Shown here: piece by piece, positions 45,195-59,924 of the stretch
Position numbering within the stretch: position 1 is the stretch's first letter
Layout of the letters: every line of letters starts with the position of its first letter
Source of the DNA: the human T2T-CHM13v2.0 reference genome, Homo sapiens
Length of the DNA: 64,000 nucleotides
Assembly (NCBI RefSeq): GCF_009914755.1
Contig: NC_060939.1
Reading direction: 5' to 3' (one strand)
Made by a program: the position numbers and the translations under genes
The notes under the pieces: generated by a model
The model's database searches: none
What the model was told of the DNA's origin: nothing
The model's input: the letters and a program-made list of their open reading frames with translations, nothing else

Positions 45195-47541
45195 CATTAG
45201 GAGATGGTGCCTTTGGGAGATGATTATGTCATCTCATAAATTAGGCCCTCAGGAATGGGATTACTGCCCTTATAAAAGAGCACCCAGAGAGTTCTCTTGC
45301 CCTTTCTACTATGTGAGATGATGGAAAGAAGGTGCTGTCTATGAACCAGAAAGTGGGCCTTCACCAAACAATTGAAACTGCAGCTGCCTTAAATCCTGGA
45401 CTTCCCAGAGTCCAGAACTGTGAGAAATAAATTTCTATTGTTTATAAGTTACCCAGTCTCAGATATTTTGCTATATCAGCTGGAACTGATTAAGACACAA
45501 ACCAATAAAATAAAAATCCTTAGGTGTGGGGAAAGGGAAGTGGTAGCATTTTTAAAAAGCTGCCCAGGGGATTCCATGACTCAGCCAGGATGGAGAACTG
45601 CTGCCCAAAGGCAACTCAAGTGGCTGCAAAAAGTTTAGGATGGGCTGCACACACCCCGGGCCTGGAATGAGATGTGTGGATGGGTCTTCAGAGGTGCGTG
45701 TCTTCCAGGAACAGCCTTTAACAAAGCCCTGGCAGTTCCATGTCACCATGACTGGGGTCTTCCTCCTCACCTGTTGAGGTGCATGTTCTCCCTTTAACTT
45801 GATCTTGCAGGTGGGGCCTGATGCCCTGCCTCCCTGGTTCCTGGACTTGCAGAGTCCTGCCCACCACTGTGAGCTGTGTTCTCCCACTCGGGTCCTAGTG
45901 TGTCAGTTTGCTGTAGCCCTTTGGATACTGTCCAGTGCAGGCTAACCTGCAACCTCAGTTTCCCTCTATGTGGCTCAGTGTCTGCCTTCCCTCTGTTCAA
46001 AGTTGTCTTGGTTGGGTTTGCTTACACAAAAATGCTTGGAATAGGGTGCTGAAATGGAATTTTCCTCTAAGCACCAAATACAGTCAAGGTGTGAGTGCAA
46101 AGGGATGTGACGGATCATTTCATGAAGAATTTACAAAAGAAAATTATCCTTACACATTTTCCACTCTCATCACTTGGAGAACAAAACACAGGAGAATGAG
46201 AAAGGAAGGGAGAGAGAAGCCAACCAAGAGGACTGGAGGGGTAACCTTGAGGCTGTGGAGTGGCTCAATCCCACCTCTTCCCATACACTCACCTGGAAGG
46301 TGTCTGTGCCTGCCTACCTCCTGTTGTAGAGCTAGGAAGAGGCCTTCCAAGTCCTCTCTGGAAGGTTGGGGCTGGAGACACCTCTGCCTGAGAATCCTAG
46401 AGGCAGCAAGAATGGCTAAAGGCTGTGGTGGCAGAAGCAGGAGGTGAGTGGCACCTGGCCCAGCCCTACCCTCCAGTTACTGGGGACAAGCAGGATGTTG
46501 ACAATGCTGACATGTCTCCTGGACCTGAGGTGGGAGCAGGAGCAGCTCTGGGAACCACTGGGAGGGGTCACCATGGGGATACCTGTGGAACACAATCGTG
46601 AATTGCAATGAAAGAAGTCCCCAGGGATTGGAATCTAAGAACCCACAAAAGGTCCTGGAAGTTAGGAGTTAGCTTCCATCATCTGTAGGTCCTCAGGTAG
46701 GCAAGACGGCCGTGTTTCTAGCTGGTTGGCTAGCCAGGAGGGCAGATGGCCTGGCCTAGGCTGGCCTTTTCCTTCTCACAATCCTCTCTTATACAAAGAA
46801 ACACACTAATTTAAAACCGCAATTTGGGCTCAAAATTAAATGAAAAAGACCAATCATCAAAAACCAAATAGAGGAGGCAAAGAAAAAAGCGCACCATGCC
46901 TCTATCTCCTTACATTGCCTCCCGAACTCCAACTTCCCACAGCGAGGCCAGGAAGGAGGGGTGGAGCCCAGCCTGCTGCAGGTTTCAGCATAAGACTGCA
47001 GGTTTGCAGGATGTATGGCACTCCTCACTGGTGGCCTAGGGCAGGGCTGCCATTCCCTGGGATTGTGCAGTAAAGTCAGGGACCTGCCCAGATGCTCACA
47101 CTGACTCAGGAAGAGCCCACCTTCCCTGGACGGATCCCACCTGATGTCCACTTCTGTGTGCATGTCACTTATTCCCTACCCCCCCACCTCCAAGTCGAGA
47201 CAGAGGGACTCAAAGAGCAACCCGCAGGAACAGCATGAGGATAGCATTTATTTGGCACTCGACCTGCACCAGGCACTATGATAAGCCCCCCCAATGACCT
47301 TGTTGAATCCCTGAAACCTCTGAGGGCAGCTCAATTACTGCAGCCATTTTACGGAAAAGAAAGCTGAGGCTTGAAGAGGTTAATAACCCCAGGAAGTAGT
47401 CTGGTCAGGATTCCAGTGGGTGTTCTGCTCACTGGAGAACCTGGTACACCGTGCGGCTCCATGAAGGTTTGTCAAGTGAATGAATGTTGTCTAGCTTCCA
47501 ATCTACACAACTTAAATAAACTTGCAAAACTCTCTTCTTGG

Positions 47542-47841
<300 letters not shown>

Positions 47842-48034
47842 AAAACTCTCTTCTATCTTCAATTGGTTGTTATCTTTAAAAAAATAACCAACGATTTTAG
47901 TTTATTTCAGAGTCCCACCTATCTCTTTTACAGAAGTATACTAAGTAGAAGTTTTTGAGCCACCTCTCTCAAGAATGTATTAAAATTTTTTCTTTTCATT
48001 TTTTACTTATAAAAACAGTTATTTAAAACAAAAA

Positions 48035-48765
48035 GATTATTGACATATAATAATTATACATATTTAAGGGGTACATGGTGATGTTTCAATACATATAATA
48101 TATGGTGATCAGATCAGGATAATTAGCACTTCCATTGTCTCAAACATTTACCATTTGTATTGGGAACATTCAACACCCTCCTTCTAGCTATTGGAAACTC
48201 TGTAATATATTATTGTTAACTCCAGTCAACCCTTAGTGCTGTAGGACACTAGAACTGATTCCTTCCAACTAGCTGTAAATGTTTATCCTTTAACAAATCT
48301 TTTCCTTTCCTCCTTTTTCCCTACCCTTCTCAGCCTCTAGCATCTTCTGTTCTACTTTTTACTTCTATGAGATCAACTTTTTTTAGCTTCCACAGATGAG
48401 TGAGAACATGCAATGTTTTACTTTCTGTTCCTGGCTTATTTCGCTTAACATAATGTCCTCTAGTCCTATCCATATTGCTGCAAATGACAGGATTTTATTC
48501 TTTTTTATGGCTGAATAGTATTTCATAATGCATATGCCCCATTTTCTTTCCCCATTCATCTGGGGTTGGACACCTGGGTTGATTACATACCTTGGCTGTG
48601 GTGAACAGTGCTGAGATAGACATGGGGTGCAGATGTATCTTCGATATCGTGATTTCCTTTCCTCTGGATAAATGCCCAGCAGTGGGATTGGTGGATCATA
48701 TGGTAGTTCTATTTGTAGTTTTTTGAGGAACCTCCATACTGTTCTCTAGAGTGGCTGTACTAGTT
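48035..48765 (-). mobile_element. L1MA 3' end
   Basis: gatcagatcaggataattagc..ttttgaggaacctccatactgtt. Confidence 0.9.
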
Positions 48766-48861
48766 CAAAAACTTATTTTAAATTCTTTAAATGGTGGTGT
48801 GAGGTTGACATTATGGTTTTGCCCTGAAGAATTTTCCAACCATTTCTGAGAAAGTGTACTA

Positions 48862-49025
48862 AATACTGCCTTTCAAATTTGTATGCACAAAAAAAATTTT
48901 CTGGGAATTTTGTTAAAATGAAGATTCTGACTCCGTGGGCCTGGTGTGGGGCCTGAGACTCTGCATTTCCAACAAGCTGCTAGGTGATCCGATGCCGCTT
49001 GTCTGAGGACCACGCTTTGAGAAGA
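48862..49025. mobile_element. MER5A (hAT-Charlie)
   Basis: ttgttaaaatgaagattctg..ggggcctgagactctgcatttccaacaagct..gaggaccacgctttgag. Confidence 0.8.
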
Positions 49026-49141
49026 AAGAGGTCAGGCTCTACCTAGAATTTGCCTCACGTTATTTATACAAATAAAGTATAAGTTATCTCATCCTTACCC
49101 TCAAAAGATGAGGGCTGTCTCTAGAGTAGAGCACAGAAGAC

Positions 49142-49897
<756 letters not shown>

Positions 49898-49913
49898 AAG
49901 GATAATGCATTTT

Positions 49914-50201
49914 TTTTTTTGAGACAGACTCTCCCTCTGTCACTCAGGCTGGAGTGCAGTGGTGTGATCTTAGCTCACTGCAACCTCTGCCTCCTGGGTT
50001 CAAGCAATTCTGTGTCTTGGCCTCTGGAGTAGCTGGGATTACAGGCGCCCACCACCACACCCAGCTAATTTTTTTGTATTTTTAGTAGAGACAGGGTTTC
50101 ACCATCTTGGCCAGGCTGGTCTTGAACTCCTGACTTCTTGTTCCATCCGCTTTGGCCTCCCAAAATGCTGGGATTACAGGCGTCAGCCATCATGCCCGGC
50201 C
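49914..50201 (-). mobile_element. AluS
   Basis: TSD aggataatgcatttt (49899-49913, 50202-50216). Confidence 0.95.
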
Positions 50202-50704
50202 AGGATAATGCATTTTAACGCTATAACAGTATCACAAAATTCGCCCATGAAAATGAGATCTGGAAGCTTCCTGCCTCGTTTTGTTAATTAGAAGTTCAGT
50301 GTGAGGAGCAAGGGTGCATGGACCTTTTACATGGCAAGTAGTAGAGGAAGCATTACTCATTATTACTTAACTGTTACTTACGTGGTCACCTCTTCCCTCA
50401 ATTGGCTTGACTAGTGTGAGTTTGCTCCCTCACAGGCCTATCATAACTTTCTTGTCCACCGGCCACCACGTACAGTGCTCCCTGGCCTCGATACCTCCTT
50501 TTCCTCCTCTCACCTGATACACCTGCCATGTTCCTCACCTGTACCTCAAGTGCCCTGGTTCTTGCAGGCCCACATCAGAGCCTCCTCCCCCAGGATGGCT
50601 TCCTTGGTTTCCTGGAAGAGAAATGATTAGCATGTAGATTGTAGCTCCCAGTCTTATACCCTTTTGTGTTCATCATAGTCTCCCAGGGGCTGTCTGAACT
50701 CTTT

Positions 50705-51272
50705 CTAATCAGCATAATTCTAAAGATGACCCCTAGGATTCCATCCCTGGTTATTCAATCGGACACTAATTTGGGGCTGCCACGAAGGATTTCCTGGTTG
50801 TAATTATTATCCCACATCAGTTGAACTTAACAATGTGATGTGGGATATATGTGGGTGGTCCTGACCCAATCAGGTAAGCCCTTTGCAAACAGAAAGTTTT
50901 CTCCAGCTGGTAGCAGAAGAGGAAGTAAGAATCCAAGTATAGGAGGGATTCAGAGGGGGTTGAGGAGAGGGTGGGACATATCAAGGAATGAGGGTGGCCT
51001 CTAGGCCACCTCTGGCAGCCCATAAGGAAGCACAGGTCTCTGTTCTGCAAACTCAAGGAATGAAGTTCTGTCACCGACTTGAATGAGCTCAGAAGCAGAT
51101 TCTGCTCAGAGCTTCCAGGTCAGAGCCCAGTCCCGGGGATGCCTAGATTGAGGTTTGTGAGATCCAGAGCCTGCTTGAGCTTCTGATTTGCAAACTGGGA
51201 CATGGTGATTGGCTGTTGTTTTCAGTTGCTAATTTGGTGGCATTTGTTATGCAGCCATGGAGAACTAATACA
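50705..51272 (+). mobile_element. MLT1E-like LTR
   Basis: ccctggttattcaatcggacactaat..caaggaatgaagttctg..ttgttatgcagccatggagaactaataca. Confidence 0.8.
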
Positions 51273-51811
51273 TTGCCCCACCTGACAAAGCCTGGAGGGC
51301 AATGGCTACTCCCTCCGGCCTCCCCCATGCACCCTTCCAGGGCCCTGACCCCAACACAGTGCCTTTCCACCAACTGGCCGAGCTACTTGGTGACGCTGTG
51401 TTTCACTGTGTGCTGATGGTTGCTATGGTTTTTCCGCATTTGCTGAGGAAAACCAGCCACACGACCAGATGCCCACAATGCTTCTTGTAATCGAGTCTCC
51501 TATTTAGTCGAAAATAAGCGAGACCCTGCTCATGTCTGTAATTTGAAATTAGCTTAACTGCAATCAAATTAAATGGCTCTCAGATGTGAAAATAAAGCTG
51601 CGTGAAACAAAAGTGAAAACTTAGGAGACCCACCTTCCTACTGCTAAAATCAAAGCCCATCTGTCGATTTTTATGTGGCTATACTTTCCCTCCCATAAAA
51701 TAAGTGTTGCTGGGTTGAAGAGGCACCAGTGGAAATGAACTAGTTCAGTCCTCTTCGGTGGTAATGTGAATAACATGGTTCCCCATCGTTCACTCGCAGT
51801 ACTGCCTGGAA

Positions 51812-52166
51812 TGTTTCAGTCTGTTCCAGCTGCTGTAACAAAATGCCATAAACCTAGAGGCGTATAAACAGCAGAAATTTATTTCTCACAGCTCTGAAAG
51901 CTGGGAAGTCTAACTTTGAGGTGTGGGAAGATTTGGTGCCTGGTGAGGGCCCACTTCTTGGTTGATAACACAGCAGCTTCTCATTGTGTCCTCACAGAGG
52001 GAGGGAGCTCTCTGAAGCCTCCTTGTAAGGACACTAGTCCCATTCACAGGGCTCCACCCTCAGGACCTAAGCACCTCCCAAAGGCCTCACCTCCTGATTC
52101 CATTACCTTGGGGGTTAGGTTTCAACACAGGAATTCTGAGGGAACACAACCATTCAGATCTGAGCA
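51812..52166 (-). mobile_element. MLT1A0-like LTR
   Basis: gctgctgtaacaaaatgccataaac..aaatttatttctcacagctctg..cattaccttgggggttaggtttcaaca. Confidence 0.88.
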
Positions 52167-52381
52167 GGTTGTGGCTTTAACTCTTTTAGCATTAGGTTAT
52201 TCATCTTTAAAAAACTGGGTACCAAATAATGTAACATTGCTTTGTAAAATTTTAAAGCATTTTCCTCCAAATCGCTATCCTTTTGTCTCACTTGATTTTC
52301 ATTGTTTTGATGGCAGTAAAGTGGAGGCACCCTGGGCATGGGTCAAAAATCTTGGAACGAAGCCTCCGTGCTGCCTTTTGA

Positions 52382-52783
52382 TTTTTTTTTGCGGGGGGTG
52401 GGGGGTGGGGGGTGGGGATGGAATCTCACTCTGTCATCCAGGCGGGAGTGCAGTGGCATGATCTCAGCTCTGCAACCTCCGCCTCCCAGGTTCAAGCGAT
52501 TCTCCTGTCTCAGCCTCCTGAGTAGTTGGGACTACAGCCACATGCCACCACGCCCAGCTATTTGTTGTATTTGTAGTAGAGACGGGGTTTCACTATGTTG
52601 GTCTGGCTGGTCTCGGACTCCTGACCTCAGATGATCCACCCACCTCGGCCTCCTGAAGTGCTGGGATTACAGGCATGAGCCACCACACCCAGCTAATCTT
52701 TGTATTTTTAGTAGAGACAGGGTTTCACCATATTGGTCAGGCTGGTCTTGAACTCCTGAGCTCAGAGAACCCACCCGCCTCGG
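52382..52783 (-). mobile_element. Three-arm Alu (full Alu plus extra linker and left arm)
   Basis: Full Alu 52382-52693 runs directly into taatctttgtatttttagtagagacagggtttcacc..cccgcctcgg. Confidence 0.9.
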
Positions 52784-53113
52784 AGCCTTTTTTGCTTTTT
52801 ACGTGTGACTTGCAGGAATCCCTCACCCTCTTCAAGCTCTGGTTCCCTCTGTCCTCAGGGTGGGGTGAAGCCCACCCGTCCACACGAGGGCAACACACAC
52901 ACGAGAGCAACTCTGATCCCCAGAGGCTGCTTCCCGCGCATCTCAGGCGGTTTCTCCCTGCCCATCCAGCGGAGCTAAGGAAACTTCTCTGAGGTCATGA
53001 CATGTTAAGGAAAGAACTGCTGGTAAAGGCTGCATGACTCCTGAGCTAAAGGCTTTTGGTTTGTTTCACGTACTTTTTTTTTTTTTTTTAACGTACCTTG
53101 TCATGCATCACAT

Positions 53114-53618
53114 TGCTTCCGGAGTTGGTTCCTGCCGGTGGGTTAGCGGTCTTGGCTGACTTCAAGAATGAAGCCGCGGACCTTCGTGGTGAGTTTAACA
53201 GCTCTCAAAGAGTGAGCGGTGGCAAGGTTTATTGTGAAGAGGGAAAGAACAAAGCTTCCACAGCGTGGAAGGGGACCTGAGCGGGTTGCCGCTGCTGGCT
53301 GCCATGGCCAGCTTTTACTCCTTTATTTATCCTCTCCCCCATGTTCGATTTCCGTCGTATCAGAGTGCCCTTTTTTCAATCCTCCTGCGATTGGCTACTT
53401 TTAGAATCCTGCTGATTGGTGCATTTTACAGAGTGCTGACTGGTGCATTTTACAGAGCACTGATTGGTGCATTTTACAGAGTACTGATTGGTGCGTTTTA
53501 CAAACCTCTTGTAAGGCAGGAAAGTTCCTGATGGGTGCGTTTTACAAACCTCTTGTGAAACAGGAAAGTTTCCCAAGTCCCCACTCGACCCAGGAAGTTC
53601 AGCTGGCTTCACGTCTCA
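53114..53618 (-). mobile_element. LTR12F-like (HERV9 family) solo LTR
   Basis: gctgacttcaagaatgaagccgcggacc, 24-bp ctgattggtgcattttacagag repeats, end ccactcgacccaggaagttcagctggcttcacgtctca; near-TSD acat/acag. Confidence 0.92.
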
Positions 53619-54047
53619 ACAGGAAGGTAGGTGGAATATTTCTAAGAACTGTAAATATTATAAAAGCAGAAGACGAAGGGTTTCTTTCAGTGTAGACCTT
53701 CAGACTGTTACCTCCTTGGCTTTCCTTCGAATCAGGGGTTTTATAAGCAAGACACAGTGTGACTATCTGTCGGCTCTTCCTGGAAGGCTCACACAGTTTC
53801 TTTCTTCCTCTGCCAGCACTTTACTGCTTGTCGACAGACTTCAGCCCCCGGTACTCCACACGAGGGGCAGGAAGTGACATCCTAAATCGCAAAATCCAAA
53901 AGTTCTGTTTAGTCCTTACTCGTTACTTAACTTCTCTGCAGCATTGTGGCCTTTCAACACTGTCTCTTTTTTAAGATCCTCTCCTCTCTCACTTCCCAAG
54001 GGACCATTCTCTCTTGGTTTTTCTCCTCGTCCTCATCTCCTTGAGGT

Positions 54048-54267
54048 CACAGTGCACCAAGGCAGGTTCAGTCTCTTTCCAGCTCTGGAGACTCAATGAT
54101 TACATATTCAGTAATTTTGCTTGCCATTGTATGTCACATTGGCAGTTTGAAATTGGCTGAGGTGGGAGTATTTACACTATGAGAATTGGCAAATGCTACA
54201 ATTTGGGGTCTTTAATCTTCTCTTTTTTCCCAGAACTGGTGCTAACCTGTTGCCAGCATACCACTGT
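54048..54267 (+). mobile_element. MER63-like hAT fossil
   Basis: gtttgaaattggctgaggtgggagtatttacac..ggcaaatgctaca..ccagcataccactg. Confidence 0.75.
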
Positions 54268-55224
54268 TTCAGGCCTTTGGGTCAGGCCTTTCTGGTTTTT
54301 GCATCAGGCAGATAGATCTGGTTTTATATCTTCGATCATTCCATCATCCAGACCATTTTTCACACAGTTCCATTGATCCAAAGTACAAAAATGATTGTCA
54401 TTCCTCTGATAAAATTTTTTGATAATAAAAAACCACTCTTTGGCATAGCAAAGGATGTTTGGCTACTGTCCTGTCTGGGTGTTCTTTTGCACCCTGTGTT
54501 CAGGCAACAGTGGGTCGCGGTGCACACTCCAAGTTCTCAGCTTTGGTCTCACATTGGTTACCCTTTCCTATGTCTTCAGGCATCATCTTCTCCACAATGA
54601 CATCACCAGTCCTCAAAGCCTGCTCAGAGACCCTTTCCTGTGCCCCTACACTTCTGGGGACATTTAACCACTGCCTTGGAGGGATTCATTTGCTAGCTTG
54701 CTTCCCTGATAGCCTGAGGGCAAGAGCATCCCTCCACACAAACTTTTCACCCCAATTTTGTTTATTGTGGTAAAATACACACAATGTAAAATGTATTCTT
54801 ACCCATTTTAAGTGTATTTAACCAGTTCAGTGGCATTAAGTACATTCAAAATGTTGTGCAACCATTACTACCATCCATCTCCATTACTCTTCATCTTGTA
54901 AAACTGACATTCTATACCCAATGGACAGTAACTCCTCATTTCCTCCCTCCCCACATCCCCTATCAAAGTGCATTCTACTTTTTGTCTCTATGATTTTGCT
55001 TAGGTACCTCATATAAGTGGAATCATATAATGTTTGTCTTTTTGTGACTAGCTTATTTCACTTTGCAAAATGTCTTCAAGCTTCATCCATGCTGTAGTGT
55101 ATACCAGAAATTCTTTACATATTAAGGCTGAATAATATTTCATTATACATATATACCACATTGCCTATCCATTCATCTGTCATAATCACTTGGGTTGCTT
55201 CCGTGTTATGGCTACTATGAATAA

Positions 55225-55904
<680 letters not shown>

Positions 55905-57669
55905 TCCTTTGTTAATTTTTAAATTGAGTTGGTTGGTTGGTTGGTTTTTTGTGGTTGAATTTTAGGAGTTCTGTATACATTCTGGATATTGATTTCTTAC
56001 TAGATATATGCTTTGCAAATATCTTCCCCCATTCTGTGGGTTGCCTGATTATTCTCTTGATGTTATACGTTAATGCACAAGTTAAAAAAAATTCATGAAG
56101 TCTCATTTGTTTATTTTTTCTTTGGTTGTCTGTTCTTTATCTTGATGTCTTATCCAAGAAATCACTGCCATCTTCAATGTAGTGGTTTTCACCCTATGTT
56201 TTCTTCTAAGTTTTTACTTTTAGTTTTCATATTTAGATCTTTGATCCATTTTAAGTTTATTTTTGTACATAGTGTTAGGTAGGGGTCCACCTTCATTCCT
56301 TTACAGGTGAACATCCAGTATTCCCAGTATCATTTGTTGCAAAGACTGCGCTTTCTCCATTGAATAGTCTACGCACTTGTCAAATATCATTTGATCATAC
56401 ATGTGAGGGTTTACTTCTGGGCTTTGTGTTCTATTCCATTAGCCTATATGTCTATTTTTATCCCAGTTCCACACCATTTTAAGTAGCTTTGTAGTAAGTT
56501 TTGAAATCAGAAAGTGTGAGTCCTCCAGCTTTGTTCTTTTTCAAAATTGTTTTGGCTATTTTGGGTCCTTTGAAATTCCATATGAATTTTAAGATGGTTT
56601 TTAAAATTTTTCTGTAAAAAATGTCTTTGGCATTTTAATAGAAATTGTATTTCATCTGTAGATCATTTTGGGTAGTATTGACATCTTAACAATATTGTTT
56701 TCCCATCCATGACCATGGAATATGTTTCTATTTATCTATGTCTTCCTTAACTTTTTTCCATAATGTTCCATAGTTTTCACTGAACAAATCTTTGATTTCC
56801 TTGGTTAATTTAATTCCTGAGTGTATATTTTCTTTTTAATGCTGTTATAAATGGAAATGTTTCCATAATATTCTTTTTGGGTTGTTTATTATAGATATAT
56901 ATAAATGCAACTGATTTTTGTATTTTGACTTTCTATTCTGATAATTTGCCAAATTCATTCATTAGTTCCAGCAGTTTTTTTTTTTCAATCCTTAGGATTT
57001 TCTGCATGTAAGAATATATCGTCTGTGAACAAAGACACTTTAACTTATTTTTTTCTAATCTGGATTTTATTTATTTATTCCACCTAATTGCTCTAGCTAG
57101 AACTTCTAGTACTATGTTAAATAGAAATCATGAAGGCAGACATGATTATCTTATTCTCAATCTTAGAGGAAAAGTTTCAGTCTTTCACTATTGAGTATGA
57201 TGTTCACTATGGGTTTTTCACATGTGGCTTTTATTATGTTGAGGTAGTTTTGTTCTACTTCTAGTTTGCTGAATGTTTTTCTCATAAAATGATGTTGAAT
57301 TTTGTCAAACGGTTTTTCCGCATTGATTGAGATAATGATTTTTTTTCTTCTTTCTTTTAATGTGTTGTATTTTCTTTCTTGTTCAATTTTGGTATGTTGA
57401 ATTATCTTTGGATTCCAGTAATAAATCCCACTTGATAATGGTAAATTGACTTTTTAATGTGCTGTTGAATTTGGTTTGCTCATATTTTGTCATGGGTTTT
57501 CTGCATAAGGGATATTGGTCTGTGGTTTTCTTTTGCAGTGTCTTTGTCTGGCTTTGTTATCACGGTAACCTGGCCTGATAGAATAAGTTAGGAAGTATTC
57601 CCTCTTTTTCATCTGTTTAGAAAAATTTGAGAAGGATTGGTGTTTGTTCTTTAAATTATGATAGAATTC

Positions 57670-58012
<343 letters not shown>

Positions 58013-58496
58013 TCAGGAGAGTTCTGATTAATAATCAATCTTTTTACCAGCTATAGGTCTATTCAGATTTTCTCTTCAATTGTGATTTAATCTTCGTAGG
58101 TTTTCTGTTTCTCGGAATTTGCCCATTTTATCTAGCTTACCCAATTTTTTGACATACAACTGTTCATAGTATTCTCTTACAAACTTTTTTTTTATTTCTG
58201 TAGAATCAGTAGTAATGTCCTCACTTTCATTCATGACTTTAGTAATTTGAGTATTCTCTTTTTTTTGTTTTAGTCCATCTAGCTAAAGATTTGTCAATTT
58301 TGTTGAACTTATCAAAGAAACAACTGTTGTTTAACTCTATTGTTTCTCTATTCTTTTTTTTTTATCTACCTCATTTTGCTCTCATTTTTATTGTTGTCGT
58401 CCATCTGCTAGCTGTGGGTTTAGTTTGTTCTTTTTCTAGTTCCTTGTGTTGTAAAGTTAGGTAGTTGATTTGAGATCTTTCTTATTTTGAATGTAA

Positions 58497-58887
<391 letters not shown>

Positions 58888-59162
58888 CGTGTTTTTATTT
58901 TTATTCATCTCTAATTATTTTCAAATTTCCCTTGTGATTTCTTCTTTGATTCATTGGTTGTTTAAGAGTGTGTTGTGTAATTTCCACAAATTTGTGAATC
59001 TTCTCATTTTACTTTTGCTATTGGTCTAACTTCATCCCATTGTGGTCACAGAAGATACTCTATATAACACCTAGCCTCTTAAATCTATTGAGAGTTAATT
59101 TGTGGCCTAAAACATGTCCTATCCTGGAAAATATCTTGTGTGCAATTAAAAATTTGTGTGCG

Positions 59163-59924
<762 letters not shown>

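Larger units (their letters stand above)
44615..45497 (+). mobile_element. MLT1A-like LTR hosting Tigger4a
   Basis: tgctgtggtttcaatgcttgtgtcccc..gtgatggta | ttaggagatggtgcctttggg..ctgattaagaca; near-TSD cagac/caaac. Confidence 0.85.

Noticed and set aside
45935-46447. 170-aa ORF
   Set aside because: GTG start, no homology I recognise, no supporting gene structure.
53385-53570. Regularly spaced 24-bp repeats that look like a CRISPR array
   Set aside because: No unique spacers; this is the normal LTR12 CCAAT tandem array in primate DNA.
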